Part shown: in pieces, positions 25,593 to 37,141 of the stretch
Layout of the letters: every line of letters begins with the position of its first letter
How positions within the stretch are numbered: position 1 is the stretch's first letter
Source of the DNA: Fistulifera solaris
Taxonomy: Eukaryota
Direction of reading: 5' to 3'
Assembly: GCA_030295235.1 (NCBI GenBank)
Contig: AP026131.1
Coordinates: forward strand, 186,001-250,000
Length of the DNA stretch: 64,000 nucleotides
The notes under the pieces: model-generated
Told to the model about the DNA's origin: nothing
Seen by the model: the letters and a program-made list of their open reading frames with translations, nothing else
Databases searched by the model: none
Made by a program: the position numbers and the translations under genes

Positions 25593-25997
25593 TTAAGCAC
25601 TATTCGCTGGCCGGCATCTCCAGCGAATTCCCCGATTTTCCAAGTCTTCTTCCACGTCTCGATCAAGTTGTCCTGTAACAGTAATAGCATAAACTCCGGG
25701 TAAATAATTATCGACTCGAATCCATTTCGCAGCCCAACTTTCACCCGGATCCATGACAGCAGCGGTTCCCTCGAAAAATGCCGTTGTGCAACTATTCACT
25801 CGCTCCACATTGTCAGTCATTTCCAAGAAGGGACAGTTTTCACAGCCTTCGTCGTAGAACTGTCCTTGTGTTTTCAGTAGCCCACATCGTTTGCAAGCGC
25901 GGACGGTTTTGAGGTTCAAAGGGACACTAGCGCTAGCTAGATCGGCGACTTGTTGAGGAACTTCGTCGTCGTATCGCTCGTCTTCTTCGTCGCTCAT
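25593..25997 (-). CDS. SPT4: Transcription elongation factor SPT4
   Basis: RACKRC...QFYDEGCENC, CTTAFFEG, PGESWAAKW and PGVYAI motifs. Confidence 0.96.
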   Translation of the reverse strand: MSDEEDERYDDEVPQQVADLASASVPLNLKTVRACKRCGLLKTQGQFYDEGCENCPFLEMTDNVERVNSCTTAFFEGTAAVMDPGESWAAKWIRVDNYLPGVYAITVTGQLDRDVEEDLENRGIRWRCRPANSA

Positions 25998-26352
25998 TTT
26001 TTCATTGAATATTGAGGGAGATTGTTATGTTAAGAAAGGAAAGAAGACTGCGAAATAACCAAGAGAGTCCCTGCAATAGGTTTTGCGTTTATTTGTGCTT
26101 TTCACTACACTCGCGGCGCCTTGGTCGTATCTCGTCGCTTTGCGGTTGAACAAAGGACGTTTCTTGCCTCTCTCGTACCGGTACTCTCCAGAAAACAAGG
26201 CTTTTATAACCGAAACGATGCAACACGTAACTGCGACTACGTAACCTCGTCAACAAACATATCAAATAACAATGTCTTTCACTTATTAAACCCCTGCTAC
26301 ATTTATGGAAAAAGTGTAGCTCGCATGTCAAAACGTCTGATCTAGATTCATC

Positions 26353-26887
26353 ACCTATCTGTGAGATAAAAACACCTGGTCCAGAATTTCTGGACCAGTC
26401 AAACAGAATTTCTGTTATAACAAGATGACTACTTCCAGATTTTCTGGAATTCACGCAGAAACGCTGCTCGCCGAAAAACGCCGTCTCCTGATCTTATGAA
26501 AGCAATACATCATTGCTGTATGATCCATACCACCGTCTCCCAGATTTCCTGGAACCAGCACGAACCTATCTGTGAGATAAAAACACCTGGTCCAGAATTT
26601 CTGGACCAGTCAAACAGAATTTCTGTATGACAAGATGACTATTTCCACATTTTCTGGAATTCACGCAGAAACGCTGCTCGCCGAAAAACGCCGTCTCCTG
26701 ATCTTATGAAAGCAATACATCATTGCTGTATGATCCATACCACCGTCTCCCAGATTTCCTGGAACCAGCACGAACCTATCTGTGAGATAAAAAACACCTG
26801 GTCCAGAATTTCTGGACCAGTCAAACAGAATTTCTGTATGACAAGATGACTACTTCCAGATTTTCTGGAATTTACGCAGAAACGCTG
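26353..26887. repeat. Tandem repeat, 210-211-bp unit x ~2.5, palindrome-rich
   Basis: CCTATCTGTGAGATAAAAAC at 26354, 26565 and 26775. Each unit carries CTGGTCCAGAATTTCTGGACCAG and TTCCAGATTTTCTGGAA. Confidence 0.92.
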
Positions 26888-27380
26888 AATAGACTACCTT
26901 TTACTGTATTGGCTATGTTTCACTCATGACTCATGAGTCAAGATCGATTATTGCTGCCAAAAATTTAGGTCATGGTGCATTTGATCATACGTAAAAATTT
27001 GTGTACGTAACTAAAAATCGCGATAGGGTGCATTATTATTTGATCATACCAGAACAGCCAAGGTACAGCCATTCTGTGTAAATTCCAAAAATTCAGGAGT
27101 CAATGCGATTCGTCACACAGAAATGCTTTGTACTAGTTTTAGAAATTCTGGATAATCGGTGTCTAATGTTTGTTGAGAGTCTTCGAACTCCCATTATTTC
27201 TGTCAGTATCGTTTAAGTCAAGCACTTTGATTCATATGTTGTTGATTTGTTGAGAGGTTTAAAGTAGCCTATCTTCATTTCATACCTCCTTGAAAAGTGT
27301 AAAACATAGATATGGCGCAAATTAAAAGTGTAGTTTTTTCATCCTTTTAATGAAGATTATGTCAGGCATCACTACACAGT

Positions 27381-28726
27381 CTACTTCTTTTGCAATTTGG
27401 GGCAGAGGCTCTTGTGAGGTACACCTATGCCCGAATACCCCTTCCAATCCTTCCGTTGGCAATCTCGCGAGCAATACCAAACGACTTTGCAGTCTGAACA
27501 ACACATGGTTGCCGGTTTATAGCAAGCTCTGCACGAATGCTTTTTTGCCTCGTCAAGCACCTTCGACGTTAGCAGTATCTTCCAGAAATGGACACCGATC
27601 ACATCGTCGTAAGGAAACGCAACAAATTTTTCTCTGAACGATACATCGCGGGAATAAGCCATCGCTCTGTTTAAAGCCACAATCTTAGACGGGTTGTGTT
27701 TTTTCATACCCGGGGCTAGACCAAATTCGGGCGTTGCAGTACCCGGCATGAGTTCAACGTTGGACGTAAGCCCCAAAAATTCGTTCGTGTTTTTCATGTG
27801 TACCATAATGTTGCCTTTCTGAAGCAACTGAAAAGAATTTCACCGTCATCATTTGGCTTTTCACCACCTAACTGTCGCTGGTCACGAAACCACTCAATAA
27901 TACCCGGTGTTCGTTCCCAAACTGGTTTGCATTCCAACACGATGCTCGTCGCTTCCTCCAATCCGCCCGGGGGTACATGCGTCGGCTCTTCGGGTAGGGG
28001 CAAATCCCCAAGAAGTAAGAGAGGCACGTAGTTGTTGTGCTGAAGGGCACGTGCCAGCGTCTCTTGTAAATCCATTTCTGTGCATTCGCCGGCCTTGAAT
28101 CTCAAAAAGTCAATAAGAACGAAACCATAATGAACAAACGCTTCTGTACTGTTTCTTCCGTTCGCGTGTTTCTCTGCAACCTGCTCGGCTTGTTGATATT
28201 CGCCCATTTGAATCAATGTTTCGAAGAGAATTTGCCGCGCGCCTTGATTGTCGTTGGGGTTGACTTTGAGCAAGAACTGAAACTTTTCGACGGCTTCTCG
28301 GTGTTTGCCCAGCTCCTTCTGAATCACACCAAGTCCGTGATAAGTCCGAAGCAACGGACGGTGCTCGAGATGTCCCCACTCGATCTTTTCCTGATTTTCG
28401 AGGTTCGGCCAGAGTAATCGAGCCGACGTCAACGCCATTTGATACGTTGTTTCTGCTTTCTCAAGTTCCGGCGGATCGAATGCGACACGATAGAGATTCG
28501 CCCATGCATTCAGAGCGTCAACGGAAAAGGGAAATATGCGAAGAGCTTGACTCAAGAGTGCGAACTTCTGTGGCACAGATTCAGCGTCCCAAGCGTCATA
28601 TACAAAATTCTGGGCCTCTTCATCAGCGTCATATCGTACGATTGGGGATAGAAAATCGGGTGGCGATGAACTGTATTTCCGAAGCTCTGAAGCCGGCGGC
28701 AGCGTTGGAAGCGGAGGAATGCTCAT
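27381..28726 (-). CDS. TPR-containing (ST7-like) protein with a C-terminal MYND zinc finger
   Basis: WGHLEHRPLLR, LLKVNPNDNQGAR, and CRAC...CSDCKVVWYCSRDCQRKDW...HKSLC. Frameshift near 27830. Confidence 0.85.
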
Positions 28727-29240
28727 CTTTATTAACCAGGTGGAACGTGACTTAGAGAAATGACACACTTTTGTGCTTTCGTTGACGTATACGGGACGTC
28801 GCTAAGTATCGGAGACTCCCGTCACGTTGATGTTTAATTTTTCTCAATTTTACAACGAGGAGTTGCGTCAACGCTGTAAACCGTGCGATTTAGATGTCGC
28901 TAATTAGATCTAAAGAGGTATGTAAAACTACAACCTTTTCAAATTGCAGAATCATTCAACACAATAATGGAGGCGACACGGACATGCGATGAAACGCAAT
29001 AACAAATAAAAAGATTTTTTCGCATGAGGCATGACGCTTGACTGACGACTGACTCAAATCTCAGTCGTGAAAAAAGTCGTCTACACATTTGGGTTATAGT
29101 AGTTTGGCTAAGACAACAAACGCCATAAAGAAGCAAGAAGCGTGTTATGATTGATGCTGATAGTAATCACAATCTAAAATGTCACCACTTCCTCATCTTT
29201 GTCGCCTTGTGATGAAATATCAGAATAAATACATAAGTCC

Positions 29241-30370
29241 TTAGTAAATGGCAGTCCAACTCGGTTGACTCCTTGGTGACGTCGCAACATTCGACCAAGA
29301 CGGAGAAACCGAAGAGACGGATGCGATTGATGTTCTTAGAGCTAAAGCTTCGATGCGAGCAACAATATCTTGTGTTCGTTCGGCGATGGACAAGTGGCCG
29401 CCTGGAATGCGATCCGTACGGACTTGTGGATAGAATGGCTGGAGACGTTGCCGAGCCAAATTGATTTGGCGATGCTCAAATGGGTCTTCATTGCTACCAA
29501 CGATTTCAAACGTGATACTTTGATTCTGTGACTGTAAATTTGTCAGAATATTGTATAGATTCCAGCGGTCAGAGTATTTTTGATGCTCTCGCACAAAACC
29601 AGCTGCCACCGGTAGGACCGAAGTCCCTTTGTGGCGACGGATCGTTTTTCGTATTTCACGGAGTTCACGGCGCTGAGCTTGTTTGGAGCGATACGATTTG
29701 CTGTGTAAGGGACGTAGCATCGTATTCAACATCCAATTTGAATGTTGTGCAATGCGTGATCCGAACCGACCGACGCGAGTTTGCAAAGAGGCGTCGTATT
29801 CCACGGATGCGAATGTCCGTCGGCAAACAAGCCACCATTCAGAATCAAAACGTGTTCAATATAAGTAGAAGAGAACGAACGCTCCATTTGCCGACGCAAC
29901 AATTCCATCAACACCAATGAAGAAAAATCGAATGTAACGACAACCGTCTTTCTTATACCATTCGCGCGCCATTGAGCTTCGACAAGATCCGCGCGCTCCA
30001 TCGTACTGTACGCGTAGTTGACCGGCTTGTCAGAGTCTCCCTGTCCGACATATTCCACGTAAAGTCGTGGAATTTGGCGAACCATGGAGTTCGGGGAATC
30101 TTCGAGGAGTTGGTCCACTTTAGCGAAACCATAACTTCCGTCAGGAAAACCTGGTAGAAATGTCATCCATCGAGAAGGTGTAGTCGATGCGTTGACCGGA
30201 TAAACAACTCGTTGGAAAACATTGACAGTGTTCGCATTCGACGATGACACTATTCGTTTTTGCTGAGGATCGAAGGGGACACGACGACCGCCCGCAAACC
30301 ATTCTTCGGCCGTGATAAGACTCGCTTCAGAGGAGTCATTTCTGGAAAAGGAAGCTGCTGGATGAAGCAT
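29241..30370 (-). CDS. MEST/epoxide-hydrolase-like alpha/beta hydrolase
   Basis: FLPGFPDGSY, GQGDSDKP, YSTMERAD, nucleophile elbow FDFSS, LNGGLF, EDPF and GGHL motifs. Frameshift near 29790. Confidence 0.82.
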
Positions 30371-30746
30371 TTGTCTTGAAAAGATTTGTTGTGTTTCGAA
30401 GGTAATAAGATAAAAATGTGAATGATGGCGAGTTTCGCAAGCGAGAATTCAAACGAATGAGGTGAGAAAAATCTTTGAATCGTGCTTCTTGACTGTTCCT
30501 TGAATGGATAATCACGCTTCGAATTCGCGTTTGTTCGTCGGATAGGCCTTTCTTCCTTTCTGACGTTTGGCCTTCTCAGTCACGACCTAGCAAGACCAGA
30601 TATGGACTCGCCCTCTCCCGCATCAAAAATTTCGCTGGCACCAAAAGTTGAATGCATCCATCTTCTTTCATAATTGATTTTGATGATAAATATCTTTGCT
30701 TTGATTCCCTGGCCCTATCTTATTAATACAGTCGACCACCGCAACC

Positions 30747-31848
30747 ATGAAAAATCAGAGCGTTAGCCGACAAGCGTCGTTACTGATTTTCTTTTGCATA
30801 ATACAATCTACACTGGGCTTCCGTCCTTCCTATCGTTTGCGTGCAAAGCACATCACTCGCAATTCTCCTTTCATCGCGTTAAGCAGTCCATTCAATCAAT
30901 TAAAGAAGACCGATTCTTTGCTTATTTTTTATTCCAGAAAGAAGAGCTATTGGGACGGCGATGATGTGAGATGGAGATCCAAGTGGATTCGACGCTTACA
31001 GCGGTCTTTAGACGACAGTTCTGCGCTACCCGCGCGCAACACAATTGTGGCGGCCTGTGTTTTGGGGTTCATTTATCAGTCCTTCGATACCCTCCTGACA
31101 CTCAAACGAAGATTTCCTTCGTATTGGCCGCAGCAAGCATTTTCGATGTTTGTTGATACGTTAATTGGATCCACCGTTAATCAAGGATCTTTTACGACAA
31201 ATTGGATCTTTCATCCAATCATGGCACGGGCCCAACCGCATCGCTACATCACAGCTGGATTTTTTACACGGTGGTATTGTTCACCTTCTTCTCAATATGG
31301 ATTCTATTCGAAGAATGCCAGACTGGCTGGAAACAGGGTTAGGGGCAGGTTTATACTTATCGACATTTCTGACGAGCATCGTGACCGGTCATATCAGTCA
31401 CACTTATTTTGATGATTTCAAATCGGCTTGCTTGGGTGCTAGTGGTGGAATTATGGGTTTATATGGTCTCATGTATGTGTGCTTGGTTCGAATGGGGAAT
31501 TCACGTGCGGCGTGGCTCGTTTTGCGGGGATTGGCGTGGTTGCTCGTGTATGGCTTTGCGCTGGGAGGAATCAGTAATGCCGCACATTTTGGCGGCTTTC
31601 TCGGTGGTGTCGTCATGGGCATTTTATTTGGTCCTCGATATCGATCGAGTTACGCGTTGCTCCGGAAAAATAGTCTTGAAGTGGACAACAGTCCTCGAGA
31701 TTATCGATCTGTCATGGGTCTAGGAACTAAAGCAACCAGTGGGATATTCCCACTTTCCGTCTTCTGGGCTGTTTGTGTCCTATCGCTGTTGTCGCAACCA
31801 AGATTACGAAGCGCTCCATTGATGGCCTTACGAGGGCTCGGATTGTAA
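30747..31848 (+). CDS. Rhomboid-family intramembrane protease, probably plastid-targeted
   Basis: RYITAGFLHGGIVHLLLN, GASG and SNAAHFGG motifs, with a signal peptide. Frameshift at the T6 run 31260-31265. Confidence 0.9.
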
Positions 31849-32747
31849 GCTACACATTGTACACTGCCAAGCCGATTCCACAACACATTGCTTCAGCATT
31901 TAGCAACGCCAACGTTCGTTATTACTCGAAGAGTTATGAACATTTCTTCCAGTCAGTAAAGGAATTTTGACTTAGGACTATTTATTGAGCGTCGACAAAA
32001 ACATGTCTCAAAAATGTCGCAACGAAGTTGACCACAGCGGTCAATATAGATCGGCGCGGTTACAAAGAGTTAATGAATGAATGCCTTAGATCCTACTACG
32101 CTATTTTGACTCTCGAGTCTCGAACTGAAATCCTGTTGCACCTGAGTAGATCAGCTTCATGCTCCACTCTACATTTATCCAATAACATTCACAGAGTGTA
32201 GAACCGATTGAATTGTCTACCAACCGCCTACCCCTGGTGCTGCTGAAACGCAAAGCAAAAGTCCATTCAATGACTATCTTTTTCTTGGAGTCATCAACGC
32301 ATGAAAATCCAGTCGAGGACGACTCGGCACGACCTTCTTGTCATTGGCTTTGATTAGGTCTCGAAAACACGAAATACGGCCTTCTTATAAACTTATTGTC
32401 GGTTTATATTTTTGTTTTGACTTTCAATACTTTTAAAGCAGCATGCACGTTGCACTAGCACCTTAGTTTTTCCTTTCGCCTTCAACGAAACGAATGCATC
32501 CGAATGCTTCTCTCTATTTAGTATCATCCCTAGTGAAGATCGGTGGCGTCTGATGTACACTTTTGGACTATAGCTATGAGCCTCCATCTGGTTTCTGTTG
32601 AACATGATGTACGCAACTTCCGCGCCGGAGCGAGGACACCAAAAAGAAAAAAAGCCATCAACCCATCAACCCATCAACCACCATCAACATAATCTTTATT
32701 ATTGCAATTATTGTCGTGAAACCCCCTCATCAAAATCCTAATTTACC

Positions 32748-33468
32748 ATGTTTCTCTCATCATCAGCAAAGCCTCGAGGCTACAGGATTTTCGACAAGTT
32801 AGCTCGAAGTCTGAGCACTCGCCTAAGCGCGGCAGACGTCCAGCTACCAAGACCGCCAGAAAGATTCACTTTGACAGAGAAACAGCACGAAAACGCGTGG
32901 AATGATCTCGTCTACTGCATATCCATGGCGCCGGATACCACTGACTTTCACAAAAATTTCGAAAAGATTTTCAGCAAACCTACAGCGATTATGAAGGAAC
33001 AGCTTTCGCACACGGTCCGAACGTTTGTCGATAACCGGCCTCTTCCCACTACTCTGGATGATGCCCTTCGCCCCACTCGACGTGCCATAGTTATCACCGA
33101 AGCAAAGGCGCCTTTTAAAATTTTTAATGTAAATGAAGCTTGGGAGGAACTTTGTGGTTACAAGTATGTTGAGTGTTACGGAAAAACTCTTGGGTCGATG
33201 GTAAAGGTCAGTAGTTCACCGGTGGCTCGTTTTGAGATATTCTCTTCGTACTCACACATCGATGACAGGTCCTGACACCGATACAAGTGCTGCCACTGGT
33301 CTGATAAGTCAGTTGTTGCAAGGAAATGAAGCGGGAGCTACAATCACAAACTATACGAAACAGGGCCGACGTTTCCGAAATCGCGTCCGCGTCGGCACCT
33401 TGAAGAACGCCGACGGAGAGGTCACACATTTCGTTGGAGTTCTACAGGAGGTCAAGGACGGAATGTAA
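32748..33468 (+). CDS. PAS/LOV-like domain protein
   Basis: IVITE...FNVNEAWEELCGY...GPDTD...NYTKQGRRFRN...HFVGVLQ. Intron at about 33207-33268; the phase requires one extra A in the 33203-33205 run. Confidence 0.8.
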
Positions 33469-35415
33469 CTAAGCAATGTATAAATTTAAAATTCAAGTTC
33501 ATGTACGCATTTGTACTTTCAGCGTTCATTATAACTTGCTTGTTCATATAAGAAGGAAAACGAAAACAAAATCCACAAGTAGTAACAACCTGTAAGTGCT
33601 CGATCAATGCTCGCTTCAGTTGCAAAGGGTTCCCTATTTCATTTCGTAGTTGAGAGTGTTTGAAGGTTATTGCTTGTCGATTAAAATCAGCGGAGAACTG
33701 GATGGAGCGACGAGATGCATTACGACAGAAAAGTCCACAATCTTCGTTCACACCAACTCTCAGATGCACTCACGTGCAAATCGAGTCTAGTTTCGCTGCT
33801 ATCTTCAAATAAGCAACTCATGTAGCTATGTAGCTATCCCGCAACCTATTCCAATCGCTTCTTTTGAAACTACACAATGTTTCCGCTGAAATGGCAGCAA
33901 CGAATTTTACAATCCGCAACACAGCAGCCTTGCATGATTTCCCTGTCGAAAGATTGATCAAAGTATATTTAGGAGGGCTATGAACCAATGTGCTGCCAAA
34001 CTGCTCGGCGAATTCTAGTTGAAAAGCCTGCAAGAGGAAAAGCCTCCATCTGTTCTTCTTGACCAGATGTTGCGTGCCCATTCGCTATAGCACATCGGAT
34101 CGGGACGAACATCTCACTCGGGCTGAGCTTCATCAAAGTATGCTTGTGATCCGATCCTTCGGAGTAGCAACTCTATCTTAGTGAATCCATTCGAAGTTTG
34201 ACATGATCACTTGTGGTTTGGTCGTCGAAGACTGCGTTTCTGTAGAAAAGCGTGTAGTCTGGTATAAACATCCTAAAAGATAGTATCGCGCCTCCGGCAC
34301 GTGCAGGTCGCTGTACGGCACGATTGTTGCTTTCGCCGACTTCGCAGGACTTTCATCACCTCGCCGTCCCTTGAGCCTTAAGAGGTGGAGGTCTTCTTTA
34401 ACTCTGATGACGACGACTATATTTGTTGTATGTTGTATTGTGGCAAGGACAGTGCATGCACTCTTTCATCGTGCTGCAAGCACGCATTCGACTGAATCCA
34501 TCCTCACTTTTTCTCCTAAAACATGAAGACAGTTTTGTTGAAGAACTCGATGTCGAGGTTCGAGCGTCCGTTGTTGATTGTTGTTGTGTGACTGTGTGAC
34601 AATCCGTACTCTTGGCATCAAGAAGAAAGAAGAAATAATGAAAGAAATTACTCCGGATCGTTGTGACTATCAAGCAGGAAGTAAGCAGTTCCTGTTTCTG
34701 GGCTTCTTTCCGGTGACGTGGGTGACGCGTGACCAATAAGTGGCATTCATTTTTCGGAGTGACGAACGAAGGAACAAGAAGTTGCGCAAGTAGTAATTCT
34801 TGTTTCAACTTTCTTGCCAATCGAAACGCATAAAGTTCCGCTACGCGAAAGAAGCTTGATGGGCGTGATGCTCTCAGTTTGACGTTCGAACTGCCACGTT
34901 ATTGAAGCACCAAGATTTGGGCTGAAGGCTGAAGCAAATTCGTAGACGAGACTCCGTGGCTTACAGTATTGTCCATTGTCCTCCACCATCGTCACGTATT
35001 GTCGTACTTTAACACTAGACGGAAAAGGTAGACTATGGAGAGTTGTGTGCAGGAAGCCAGTGTTGAAGATGGTATCATGTATCACCATTGCGGTGGACTA
35101 CTGATTTCTATCCCCTGACATGGCTGAGATGTGACGCCCGGAATTACGTGGGCGAAATTTCAATCTGTACTATGGCATTTTAAGTAGTTATGTGGCCGAA
35201 GGCTGACGATGGGTTCTCGTAGAAAAAAGTGAGTCATTTGCATCGAACTGACGACCGTGCGGAGAGTGGAGCGAAAAGTACAACTACCTCTCCATTCAGA
35301 TTTCCTTCAACCCAATCAAAGAGCTCCAAACGAAACCTTTCTAACCTCGTCATTCCGCACGCTTTTCCATCCTTTCAGAAAAAATCACGGCTCAATTATT
35401 TTCTTTAACCTCGCA

Positions 35416-36362
35416 ATGAAAATGCTGCAGGAAGACGATGTATTGATTCTCGAATCAAGAGACAGCGTTCACAAGATGCTCGCTCTTGAAGCATCAATGA
35501 AGTGCGGCGATGGAGAAGAAACCGCGGCTTCAAATGGAGGCGTCAACTCGCTCTGGAGGCAAAAGTTGCTCTCTGGTGCTATCAAGTTGTCGATCATCTC
35601 GAAGAAGAGCGTTCAACCGTTTATGTCGCAATGAGTATTCTTGATCGCTTTTGCTCTGCCTTGCATAGGCGAGCTGAAATGGATGAACACGCTTACGAAG
35701 TTGCCTCGATGACAGCTCTTTTCTTGGCTGTGCGTATTGCCGGGTCTGGCAATCTTGAGATGTCAGAACTGTTACCCATGAGTCGAAAAGGTATTTCATC
35801 ACACGATATTATGCTGACGGGTACATCGATCATCGAAACGCTCGACCTTTCGAAACGCATCCTTACGCCATTCGACTTTATTGCATCTTTGGTGGATCAC
35901 CTTCCGCTATCTCTCAAGGCAAATGCCTCGCGACTTCGTGATTCTGCCTGCTACCTTGCAGAAATGGCTGTATGTGACACTGTCTTGTCTTCCTGCAAAG
36001 CGTCTGAAGTCGCCTTTGTTGCTTTGGTAAATTCCATCGAGGAAATGGTGTCCAAATCGGAAGCCAATGTGTTTGGCTCTTTTGTTGCGAAGGCAACCGA
36101 CATTGTACCCTCTTCTAGCGAAACTGCTCTTATCAGTCGTCGCCTTCGCGGAATCTACCAAAAACAAAGACAGGATTCTCGCCCTCCGAGTGCACAGCAA
36201 GCACAACCTGTGGTTGCGCACGCGCAATCACCTCTGGTCCGCGTAGTATCGGTTGACGACTTACAAGAGTATTCCAAGCAACACTCCGGAATGAAGCGAT
36301 GCCAAAGCGAATACAGCCTGGATGAAGACTATCAAATGAAGCGCTCAAGATACCATGACTAA
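35416..36362 (+). CDS. Cyclin (diatom-specific type)
   Basis: Cyclin box WRQKVALWCYQVVDH...VYVAMSILDRF...SMTALFLAVR. Frameshift at the A4 run 35561-35564. Confidence 0.88.
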
Positions 36363-37141
36363 ATCCCCATCACCATGGATCATGTACATACAAGAGCGAC
36401 CCTTTTCCTCTCTTTTAGAAGATTTTCCTTCACATCAACAGAATCAACCCTTACTGCCTATACTGGGTTATCAATCGATGCCTTCCAAAACCATGACGTC
36501 CAAATTACACTTATTTCGGACGGAAGGCACGTTTAACACTCTCCCCAACTAGAACAACTTGTACAGCAAATAACTTTAAATCACTGTTTCTCAGGAACTT
36601 TCCGGTATATCTTCACGCAAAAAAACTCCTTTGCTCATTTAAAAGGCTATAGAAAGAGACAGCCGTATGCCCATGAAGCCTTAGTTTATCACGGTGCGGA
36701 TAGAGTTCGTGATAGGTGCATACTTGTAGGTGTGACATTCCGGTGTGATTGTGATGTGTTCGATGATGAGAACAGCTCACGATGCGAAACTCCTCTTCTC
36801 TCTAGAGATCGCCGCAACCCGCAACTTCAATGTTCTCTTGTACCGATATGACATTATCAGTTTCCGTTCATCTTATTGTCGCACCGCAAAACCATTGACC
36901 ATTGTGCACCGCACACACGGCCAGATGCATCACCACGTGGAAGTTTCAAAAAGTGATTGCTGGAACTCGCTCGCAAACTTTTGTGCGTCTTTTGCTTTTG
37001 CGAACATCCGACTTGCCCATCAAAACGATCAGATTGATTATTTGACGTACCAACAAGTTCCATTCTTGTACAGTTTAAGAAAGAAAGGCACCGCGGTTGA
37101 CATAGACTTGACTTTGTCATTGAGCGTATTCAAAACAGATC

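Noticed and set aside
26353..26887. CRISPR-like array suggested by palindromic repeats
   Set aside because: The sequence between palindromes is also repeated, so this is a tandem satellite.
33500..35250. Several 87-140-aa minus-strand ORFs
   Set aside because: No recognisable domains or consistent exon chain; more likely UTR or promoter DNA.
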